Shown one piece after another: positions 28,633 through 42,711 of a stretch of DNA of 64,000 bases; position 1 is the first letter of the stretch, and every line of letters begins with the position of its first letter. This stretch comes from the human T2T-CHM13v2.0 reference genome, Homo sapiens. A program made the translations under genes and the position numbers. Location of the stretch: assembly GCF_009914755.1 (NCBI RefSeq), contig NC_060935.1. One strand, 5' to 3'. The notes under the pieces are model-generated. The model was not told the origin of the DNA, made no database searches, and saw only the letters and a program-made list of their open reading frames with translations.

Positions 28633-29463
28633 TGATGGCTCAGAACTGGGTGAGAGGGATGGGGAGGGTGGGCATAGGAGTCAGGGCGCTCCTAGTGCTC
28701 TTGAGTGGAAAGAGCCCTGGAGTGGGAATCAGAGCCGTGAGTTTTATTCCTAACTCAACCCCCACCATGCTGTGCAACCTGAGGCAGGTCCTGTCCCTTC
28801 TCAGTGTCTCTGTTTTCTTATCTGTACAACAGTAGGATTGGAGTTCATGGTTGCTAAGGGTTCATGTACTGGTTACACAAATATTGATTAAGCCCCTACT
28901 TCAGCCAGCAGCCAAGCTCTGGGGATACAGTTGGGAGCAAGACTGACCTGTCCCTTGTTCCAGAAGTTGATTCTAGTAGGGAAGACAGATACTGGCAAGT
29001 AATCACAAGGACACTGCACTCTGGAGAGCAGTCTAGGGCACTGCAGGGGCCCACAGCTGACAGATCCAACCCAGCCTTAGGCATTGGGCTTAGAACAAAG
29101 CAGCAGCTCAGAGAACAACTCAGCTTTTGCCTGGGCTTTGCCTTGGAGCCCCACGTAGCTCTTTGTTCCCCAATGCTCCAGATCCCCACTACCTGGGGTC
29201 AGTACATCAGGGGCTCAGATCCTGAGTGGGGTGCTCCCACCCCTGCTTTCCCGATGAGTCTGAAGGTAGACATAAACTGTCATCCTCAGAACTGGAAACT
29301 CCTTGAATCAACCAGAAAGGGATGAGAAGGTCAAAGGCAGAAGGGTCCATCCCAGGGAGGTTTGCAAATGGGAGAGCTGGGATAGACTGCGGAGCTTCCT
29401 GAGGCTCCTCCAACAGGCAAAGGCGGAGCCCATTCCACATTAACAGCGGAGAAGCAAGTCTTC

Positions 29464-30327
<864 letters not shown>

Positions 30328-30667
30328 CTTCCAGCACAGTGGTTTTCAACCTCAGCTGTATGCTGGAATCAGGAGTTTTAAAACTCCTGATGTCTAACCC
30401 CCAGAGTTTCTGAGGTAATTGGCCTTGGGTGCAGCCAGGGCAGGGGATTCTAATGTGTTAAGTTGGGAACAGTGGCCTGCTGCCTGAAGGCTGGAGTATC
30501 CTCAGAGGCCAACAGGGAAGGAGGCCAAACAGGTCAGAGAGTGTCCAGCTCCGTCCAGGGAACAAACAGGCTGTGTTGTGGGTAGCATGGGCAGGGTCCC
30601 TAGAAAGGACTGCTTGGTAGTGTAGCAAGGATTATCCCCACCACCACCCTGAAGCCCTACCCCGACC

Positions 30668-30850
30668 CCAGATAAAATACAGAATGCCCAGGGAAACTTG
30701 AATATCGGATGGACAGGTAAATTTTTAGTATGAGTATGTCTCTTGCAATCTTTAGGGGTAGACTTATACTAAACAATTATTTGTTGTTTATCTGAAATTC
30801 AAATTTAATTGTGTGTCCTGTTTTTTGATTTGCTGAATCTGGCAACCCTA
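30668..30850. mobile_element. MER53-like hAT MITE
   Basis: Quasi-palindromic element ending 'tttgctgaatctggcaacccta'. Confidence 0.7.
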
Positions 30851-31243
30851 CCTCACCCCATCCCTGAGCGGGGAGTCAAGAGTTCCAGTTGCGGGTCCCA
30901 GCCCTCTGATTCCAACATGTTGGTGACCTTGGGCAACTCACTGCCCCTCTCTGAATCTTGGTCACCTCACCTACTTATGATGTCCCTCCTGCCTGAGGGA
31001 CAGGGCCAGCTGTTCCGAAGGGCAGTAAGCATGGATCACAAGATCCCTGGAAAGGCATCGAGTTGTCTATAAAGGAATACAGGGCCTTTCTCCCTAAGAA
31101 ATCAGCATTTTCCTTCTGTGGTTTGATCCCATCTGTCCATCCATCCATCCATCCACCCACCCACTCAAGATTCTTGAATGGTTTTCAAGAATCTTCTTGT
31201 CCTGGAGATGCTGACCTGAGACTAAAGCTGAGGGCAGAGGTGA

Positions 31244-31462
<219 letters not shown>

Positions 31463-31485
31463 TAGCCAGGATGGTCTCAATCTCA

Positions 31486-31620
<135 letters not shown>

Positions 31621-32179
31621 CTATTCTCATGCTCTCTGACATCCTCATGCATCCAGTTGACAACTCCCCCTCCCTACCAAACAGAAAGAGTTCACCTTAC
31701 ATTGAGCAAGTGGCTGTGGTGGGCCTACTATGTGCCAGGCACACAGCCTACTAAGTGCTGAGGATACCATGGTGGCTCAGTCCCTGCCCACATGAAGCTT
31801 CTAGTCTGAGGGTGGAGTGTGAAGGGACAAAGTTAAATAATCACTGAAGTGAAGATGGCATGGCAAACCTTGGCAAGTGCCCTGAAGGAAAAGAACAGAG
31901 CACTGAGAGAGTACAAAACAGAGAACCTGGCCTTGATCCCTTGAGGGAATATCCTTTGAACTGATAACTGAAGGGCAGGAAGGGGAAAAGGCACCTCAGC
32001 AGATGGCACTCACATGCAAAGGAGACCTTTGAGGAATGGCGAGAAGGCTGGCATGGTGGGAGTGCGGAGGGTGGGGCAGAGAGTGGCACGAGATAGGGTG
32101 GACGTGTTGGCAGGGCTGGCTGTGCTGGGTGGTGGAGACCATGCAAAGAATTAGGGTTTTGGCCAGATGCTGTGGCTCA

Positions 32180-32488
<309 letters not shown>

Positions 32489-32504
32489 CTACTCCTAGGC
32501 TTCT

Positions 32505-33930
<1,426 letters not shown>

Positions 33931-34350
33931 AAGCTTTATTCATAAGAGCCCCAAACTGGAAAAAGCTCCAAAATCCACCAACAGCAGAATAGATTATCAA
34001 ATTATAGTATATTCATCTCATGAAATATTACACGGCAATAAAAAAGAATGTACTACTGATACATACAATAACATGGATGAATCTCACAGACATAATGTTG
34101 AGCTATAGAAGCTAGACACAAAAGACTGCATACTAGATGATGCCATTTATAAGAAGTTCAGGAACAGCAAAGCCAATGCATAGCACAGAAATCCAAATAG
34201 TGGTTACTACTTGGGGGTGGAAATTGACTCTGAAGGGCACAAAGGGCTGGAAATGATCTGCATTTTCATCTGGGTGTGGTCACAGGTATGCACATATATA
34301 GAAGTTTGTCATGCTGCATGCTTTACTGTCAGTGAGTTATAACTAAGAAA
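33931..34350 (+). mobile_element. Old L1ME/L1MC 3' fragment
   Basis: 'acatggatgaatctcacagacataatgttgag...agacacaaaagactgcatac' L1M 3'UTR motif. Confidence 0.75.
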
Positions 34351-34754
34351 AATTGAAGTCTGTATTTCTTTTTTTAGTAGAGATGGGGTTTCACCATGTT
34401 GGCCAGGATAGTCTTGATCTCCTGACCTCATGATCCACCTGCCTCGGCCTCCCAAAGTGCTGGGATTATAGGTGTGAGCCACTGCGCCTGGTTGAAGTCT
34501 GTATTTCAAAACAATGGGAGATCACAGCAGGGTTTCAAGCAGTGACGTGACATAATCTGGTGTTCACTTATAAAAGGTCACTCTCTCTGTTGGGTAGAAA
34601 ACAGATGAGAAGTGAGAGCAGCTGCTGTTGCCCTGAAGACAAAGGTGCCCTTGGCTTAGGAGGTACTGAGGGAAATGGACAGAAGTTGGTGGTTTCAAAT
34701 ATATTTAGGAGGAAGAATCAATAGGACGTGATTTAGGAGATACAGTAGTTGAAT

Positions 34755-35487
34755 AGATGGATGGACGGGTTGAGAGGTGGGTGGATGGATGGATGGATGG
34801 ATGGATGGATGGATGGATAGGTGAATGGATGGATGGATGGGTGGATGGGTGGATGGATGGATGGATGGATGGATGGATGGATGGATAGGTGAATGGATGG
34901 ATTGAAGGATGGATGGATGGATGGATAGATGGATGGATGGATAGGTGGATGGATGGATGGATGGATGGATGGATGGATAGGTGGATGGATGGATGGATGA
35001 ATGGATGCATGGATGGATGGATAAATGGATGGATGGATAAATGGATGGATGGATAAATGGATGGATAGATGGATAGGTGAGTGAATGGATGGATAGGCGG
35101 ATGGATGGATGGATAGGTGAATGGATGGATGGATGGATGGATGGATGAATGGATGGATGGATAAATGGATGGATGGATAGGTGAGTGGATGGATGCATAG
35201 GCGAGTGGATGGATGGATGGATGGATGAGTGCATGGATGGATAAGTGGATGGATGGATGGATGGATGGATGGATGGATGGATGGATGAATGAATAGATGG
35301 ACAGATGGATGGATGGGTGAATGAGTGGATGGGTAGGTGCATGGGTGAATGAACAGACTGAGTGGATGAATAGGTGAGTGGATGGTTGGGTGGGCAGATG
35401 GGTAGGTGGGTGTGCAGGTGTGTAGATGGGTAGATGGGTGAAAAGGTAGGGGGAAGAATGAGTGTGTGGGTGAATGGGTGGATGGAA
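34755..35487 (+). repeat. (TGGA)n compound simple repeat, ~730 bp
   Basis: Long interrupted GGAT runs with periodic TAGG/TAAA/TGAA variants, degenerating towards the 3' end. Confidence 0.97.
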
Positions 35488-38400
35488 CACCTTCAAGAGG
35501 ACAGACTCTCTCCTCTGGTTGTTGGTGTCCAGAAAGTGCAGATGAATCACACTAGTCAGTAAATACCCGTTTTCCTTTGAGACATCTGTGTTTACTCTCC
35601 CATAGCTCCCCAGTGCCCCAAGGAGAAAAACTATTTGCTACCATACCCATCAGCGAGCAAACACAAATAGGCTGCTTAATGAGATGCAAGGATCTCCCAA
35701 TCCGCTGGGCATTTCAGGGGAAGTGCTGGTGATACCCAAACTAATGGGGATTAGGCAGAGGTGGAAAAAACTCCCAGAGCTTCCCCTAGGAAGCTGTCAG
35801 TCCTTGTTCTCCTCCCTCTTGTCATGACCACCAAACTGCCATCACTGTCACCACCTCCAGCATCTCCTCTGTCACCACCCCCATTACAACCACTACCACA
35901 CAGATTTTTGAGATTCTGACTGAAAATTGTGTTTACCAAGTAAAAGATAGGGGCTTGTAGGCGCCCCTCTGGCAAGAGAGAACAACTCGTCTCTTGGTGG
36001 TGGGTAACATTTTAACCCCTGGGTTACCAGCAAAGCCTTGTGGTCCAGCTCCCACTTCTAGCCTGTTTGGTCCTGTGATCCATTCATGTTACCTTATAGC
36101 AGGAGGGACAAGGAAGGCAGGGAGAGAAAAGTTCTGGCAGTGCAGGGAAAGTCGCTGTTTTCAGAAGCAAGAAGGTCTGAAATCCTACTAGGAGAAGCCC
36201 TGGTGATCCAGAGCTGACTCCAGGTGTCCTGAGGTCCATTTCACATGGATTTGCTAGACCTTGCAACTGGCTAATTTCTCCCTCTGTGACAGTCTGCAGC
36301 CTAGCCTCCAGAGCTTTTCTCTGGCCTCCCCAGACAGGCTGAGATTGTGCTATTTGGGTAAACAACATTCCCCGCGGTTGTCAGAGACAGACTTATTTAC
36401 CTGGTAGCAGCAGTTCCTTCCTACCCACCTCGTCAGATGCATCAGGACTCAGGGTGGGAACCAGCACTCATCACATTCAAGGGTGGAAGACCCAGCATCG
36501 GAGGGGTGGGCAACAGACCTCACACATACTACGGGATCCAGGGCTGTGTATTGCAAAGTCACATTCACTGTTTAGCTCGGAGGCCTCTCTGGACTTTCTA
36601 CATCTGGGAATAAGCTAGGCTAAAGCTATCATGCCCCAGAGCTGTGATTTCATCCAGTTATCCTATACCCTGCAGCCAAGCTAAAATATAGTCACTATAT
36701 CTCCCTCGGCCATGAGCAGATACTTTATACTTTAAAACCCTGCATGCTTTGAATTCCCCTGACTGCTTAGCCAAGGTGTCATATTGGCTCCCACTATCTC
36801 AGGCAGTGAGGAAAGGTGGTCACTCAATCCCTGCCTCCACAGGGCAATACAGTCAGGGGATGGTGCTCAGCTTAGGAATTCTGCAGTTGTCTTTCTGCAG
36901 GCAGCTCTACCCTACTGCAGTTACTGACCAAGCCATCCCATCCTGCAGCTGCTGGGAGCTGAGTTGGGGCAGGGTACAGCTGTGCCAGCTGTCGGAGATA
37001 GATTACACTATGAAGCTCGGCTGTGACTCACATTCCAGCACAGGGGAAATGCGCAAAAGTTCTATGCTGTCTTTGGGGTGCTAAAAATCATCCTGGCTTT
37101 GTCTTGCAAGATGTTCGGCTTGCGGAGCATGGGGCAGATGGAGGACCCTTCCATCTGGGTCCTCCATGGGGAGGAGGCAGGGGGCAGATCTGTCTCCAGC
37201 CAACTGCCTGTCACACAACTGCCACAGCTACTAATAACAACACTCAGCATTTAATCAGCCCCTTTGTGGATGCAGACGCTGTCACACTCATTAATTAGTT
37301 AATCTGCACAGCCCCGCAGGAGGAAGAGTCATGTTATTATCCCCACTGGGACTCAGAAGGAAACTGAGGCCAGAGTGGGAACTTGGCACAGAGCGGAGGG
37401 AGCACAGCCTGACAGCTGGACTGGGACCAGTCTACGACTTGTCTGTTCTGGTGCCCTCGCTCTTGTCCTCCTCCCCAGCTCCTGTCTGCTCACAGTGCTG
37501 GTGACTATCTCCAAAGACACCTGGCCAAATGCTGTCAGAACTGGGCCTGAAGGTGCTCAGAGAGAAGGCCAGGCATGGCTTTGGCGTGGAGAGGATGCAC
37601 CTCTGGTAGCTGGACCAGGTCAGGTCTGTGGGGAGTGTGTGCTCTGGAACAGCCACCCTTTCTGATATGTTTCTTCCAAAGCGTCTTGGAACTAGAAATA
37701 GAAGTGATGAGGGTGCCCCTCTCTCTCATCAAAATGCCTGTTTCCTGTGCAGGCGGCTCTGGGTTTTGATTGTGTGTCTGGTGGTTTTAGAATGGAAGGG
37801 AGGAGCAAATCCATCAGGAGGCACCATTGTGGTTCCACTGGAAACTGGGACTGGCCATCTGGGGATCTTTGACACACGCAGACACACACACACACACCAT
37901 GGGTAGAACCCACACCCCCGTGAAGGACCTCTTACATCATTGTACCCAGTGGTCGATGTTGCTGGAAGCCTGCTGAGATGCCTTACAGCCATGGCTCAGC
38001 CCTCAAGAAGAAGGCTTAGGTCAGTCTGTCAGGCAAAGAATCCTGACTGAATAAGAATCGGGCAGGAGACCTGCAGAACACAGAAATAAGGCGTTAGAGG
38101 ATGGAATTCGCTAGTACCTTCTAGGAGTTTGTGACCAATTGCAAAAATAAAGACTGCAGTCCCTCCCTGTCTTTCCTTGCTTGTTACTAGAGTTGTTGAA
38201 GATTAAATAGTTGACCATTTCCCCCTTTAAGAAAATATGAATCACAATTTGAAAATGTTTTTGTTATCTTTCCTTTTCCTTTCACCTAACATTTATGTGT
38301 GTATGTATTTTTTTGAGAGGGAGTCTTGCTCTGTCGCTGGAGTGTAGTGGCGTGATCTCGGCTCACTGCAACCTCCGCATTCCAGGTTCAAGCGCTTCTC

Positions 38401-38528
38401 CTGCCTCAGCCTCCTGAGTAGCTTGGATTATAGGCGCGCGCCACCATACCCAGCTAATTTTTATATTTTTAGTAGAGACGGGGTTTCACCATGTTGGTCA
38501 GGCTGGCCTTGAACTCCTGACCTTGTGA

Positions 38529-38999
<471 letters not shown>

Positions 39000-39136
39000 T
39001 AAGCTTCTGGGTGGTGCCAATGTCTCACTCTGAGTAGCAAGAGTTCAAAGGATTTGGTGATGGTAAAAGTAACCCTTTAATTCAGTTAAATGACCAGATG
39101 GGATCAATCACCTTGAAGATCTTGAAATAATAGTAG

Positions 39137-39723
<587 letters not shown>

Positions 39724-40354
39724 TGACCGTGGCCTGATCTGGACTAATAAGATTCTTTTTTTCTGGGAATCGGGAACTTTGAACCAAGAGACATCCAGTC
39801 TGGCAGTTTTGATTCTGATTAATGGCAATGATCTAGAAAGAAGATCCCTAAACTGATACTGCTACAGTTGGCCCTTAAAGCCTCCCCTGATCTCTGCCCT
39901 TCCTGAGCCTTGAGGAATTCAACTCCTCCTTGAATCCCCTGAGGTGCCCCACTGGGTATATGCGCCCACTCCTCATTTTCCTTGTTACCTACGTGAGTTT
40001 GCTTTCTAAATAATCACAGGTAACACAGAACTCCTTCCAGAAGTGGCTCCATCTGCTTCAATAAAAGGCAGTCCTGGCCTCACAGTCTCATTTCCAACCC
40101 AAATGTCCACGTAATTTTCAGACCGAGGCTTCTGCTCAAGCCGGGCACCCCACTACCCACACCTCCTTGTTCACCTATGGCTCCCACTTCTACTGAACTG
40201 CGCGATCACTGTGATTTTGGGGGTGGCAACAGGGCCTAGGAAACATTTTAGAGGCACTTCTCTTGCCTGAAAGAAAACGTTCTTCCCCTTTTTGTCTCTG
40301 ATGAATCTTTACTGGATCTTTGGGACCCAGCTGAGTCATCCCGACCTGCAGACT

Positions 40355-40443
40355 GGACTCCCATCCCCAGGCTTAAATTCCTTTCCAAGGGCTCTGTCTG
40401 TCCTCTCGGCTTAGCTTCTGTGTTAAAACCCCCTCCATCTGCG
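40355..40443 (+). repeat. Direct repeat copy 1 (89 bp)
   Basis: ggactcccatccccaggcttaaattcc...ccatctgcg recurs at 42624-42711 with 4 substitutions and 1 indel. Confidence 0.96.
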
Positions 40444-40739
40444 TCTCCTCCCCAGCAGAATGAGCTCCTTGAAGTCAGGGCCCGCCTTCTGCTCCTCTCT
40501 GTGCTCCACTCCCCCAGTTCAGCACAGTGCTCCCAGGGAGGTGTAAGCGACTTACGGTGAATGAAAGGGCGTGAAGGGGAACAGGAGGGGCGGTTTTCTT
40601 CATTTACCAGAAATTCAAAATTGACCAAGTAAACCCCTTTGGAGACCAGGCACGATGCTGGGCACTGGGAACGGGGGTAGGGGTGGGGGGTGGGGGGGTG
40701 GTAGGGAGGAGGGGGTACCCAGGGTACCCACGGGCTCTG

Positions 40740-40888
40740 TCGCCCGTGGGGAAGGATGGGCATTTACCTTTCCCATTCATCAGGATGGGAGGGCCACGGA
40801 CACCCCCCACGGCAGTGCCGGGTAGACCCCTGCACCACACCGTGCCAAGGCCCTTTCTCACAGTCACGCCAGGAACTCTAGCCATGCT
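40740..40888 (+). repeat. Inverted repeat, left arm (149 bp)
   Basis: Reverse complement of 41935-42083 with 7 substitutions and no indels by manual alignment. Confidence 0.97.
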
Positions 40889-41039
40889 CTGACTTCTCAA
40901 GCAGAGTTCAGTCACCCCGAGGAGGTGGGACCCGTCTCTCTCCTCCCCACAAATGAACCAGTTCTCCAGTGATCCTACTTCCTTTTTTCCCTCTCCCACG
41001 CTAAAACTGGTCACGAGGGACCTAAAGGAGGGGCAGGCA

Positions 41040-41700
41040 CCCAGGCGGCTCCCTTCCCCGCACGCATCGCGGCCAGTCCAGCCCCTCCCGGCCGCCCACG
41101 GGACCCCAGCCGAGCCTGAGCCAGGCGCCCACCGCCCCCACGCGCAGGGCCGGCGCCCGCGGAAGACTCGGCTCTCCCTGGCCTCGACGCCGCTCCCCTC
41201 CCTGGCGCCAGGGGGCGCTGCCTCCCCACGACCGTCGCCATGGTCACCGCTGGCGGCGGAGAGGGGTTTACGTAAAGGACGCAGCGTCCCCCGGGGGGCG
41301 GAGGCGGCCTTCGCGCCGGCGCCGGCGCCCTGCGGAAGCGGCGTTAGTGAATCGGGGCCTTGGGGAGCCCAGGATGGAGGTGGCGGTCGCGGCGGCGGGC
41401 CGAGCCCTGCGGCGGGCGGGAGGTAAGGGGGGCCTCCGGCGCGGCGGGCCGGTCCTGGGCGCGGGCGCGGTGCGAGCGGCGCGGCGGGCTGGGCAGTGTC
41501 CAGGGCGCGCGGTGGCCGGCCCGACGGGTCGGCGGGCGGAGTTGCAGCTGCCACGCGCGCCCGTGGCAGGTGTGAGGTCTGTGGAGCCCCTGGCACCAGC
41601 GTGGGGATGGTGACACGCGTGGCACGGGCGTGGGCAACGTGGGTCCGGCACAGGCGGCGTGGTTTTCCTGGAACGGGTCTCAGAAGACTCGCCTCCACCT
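41040..41700. promoter_or_regulatory. CpG island promoter
   Basis: Very high GC and CpG density compared with CpG-depleted flanks. GC box GGGGCGGAG at 41295-41303, palindrome TTTACGTAAA at 41267-41276, CTCF-like TGGCGCCAGGGGGCGCTG at 41203-41220. Confidence 0.93.
41309..41422 (+). other. DAGLA: First (5'UTR) exon, most likely of diacylglycerol lipase alpha; 5' end approximate
   Basis: Lies in the only CpG island and ends at a consensus donor GGGAG|GTAAGG (intron starts 41423). The sequence AGTGAATCGGGGCCTTGGGGAGCCCAGGATGGAGG...GGGCGGGAG matches my recollection of the DAGLA mRNA 5' end. No coding exon is in the window to confirm the name. Confidence 0.72.
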
Positions 41701-41934
41701 TGGTGCGGTGGTGGCCACGCAGGTGTGAGGTGGTGCAGCTGTCTGCACAGGTAGGTGATGGGCACGGCCTTCGGACTGGTTATGGGATAGGTGGCCAGCT
41801 CGTGCCGGCATGGTGGTGCCGCTAGCATGGGTGTGAGGAAGTGCTGCCATTGCTTGGGTGTTGGGATGGTTCTGGCCTTGGGCTTGACATGATCTGGGGT
41901 GATAGCACTGGGGGCTTGAAGAATTGGTGTTCTC

Positions 41935-42083
41935 AGCATGGCTAGAGTTCCTGGCATGACTGTGAGAAAGGGCCTTGGCACGGTGTGGTGCGGGGGGCTA
42001 CCCGGCACTGCCGCGGGGGGAGTCCGTGGCCCTCCCATCCTGATGAATGGGAAGGGTAAATGCCCATCCTTCCTCACGGGCGA
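41935..42083 (-). repeat. Inverted repeat, right arm (149 bp)
   Basis: Reverse complement of 40740-40888. The ORF track shows the shared peptide KDGHLPFPFIRMGGPRTPP on opposite strands. Confidence 0.97.
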
Positions 42084-42623
42084 TGAAGGGGACACTGCCT
42101 CTGTCATGGGGGTCCAGTTTTAATGCCTGTTGGGTACACTGGACTGAGGAGGGCAGAAGGCTGGGAGAAGGTTGGTGTCCTTTATAATGGGCATAAACAA
42201 GAGATGCCAGGAGAAGCTTCTACCACAAGGGCCCTGATGGTAACCCAGATAGAGACCTTCCAGGCACTACCGTTGTCCTGGGCTAAGGTAGAGAGAACCA
42301 TTCATCTAGCTTTTCATCTAGCTTTGGGAATGAAGGGAGGGGTGGATGATTTTCAGTGGTGATCGGTGTCCCAGAATATGTCCTGAGAAGCAAGCAGGAC
42401 CAAGAGGTAACCCGGGTCAGCGAGTGAGGGAGTGGTATGGCGCACCATCTATCTGTAGTCACGGGGTCCTGCCTTCTCCCTGGGTTGATGGGTTCACTCC
42501 AGGGTATCTGGGAGTTGCCTCTCTTCTTTGATGCTGGGGAGCCTTTGGGTCCAGAGGATTGGATCGATTGGGGTATGCTTGAAAGATGATTCTGCAGCCA
42601 CTGGGAATCTGCTGGGGCCACCG

Positions 42624-42711
42624 GGACTCCCACCCCCAGGCTTAAATTCCTTTCCAAGGGCTCTGTCTGTCCTCTCTGCTTAGCTCCTATGTTAAAACCC
42701 CTCCATCTGCG
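42624..42711 (+). repeat. Direct repeat copy 2 (88 bp)
   Basis: Same-orientation copy of 40355-40443. Confidence 0.96.

Noticed and set aside
34695-35550. His/Pro/Ser/Ile-rich ORFs (215 and 281 aa)
   Set aside because: These are translations of the (TCCA)n simple repeat.
40740-42083. Inverted repeat as the TIRs of a DNA transposon or as a miRNA hairpin
   Set aside because: No TSD or known TIR ends and no transposase. The spacer is 1 kb, and the left arm lies upstream of the inferred TSS, so the normal pre-mRNA holds only one arm.
40604-42107. Long antisense ORFs (364 aa, 279 aa) across the CpG island
   Set aside because: Stop codons are scarce in GC-rich DNA, the composition is low-complexity Pro/Ala/Arg/Gly, and there is no recognisable domain. 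Shared peptides are a by-product of the inverted repeat.
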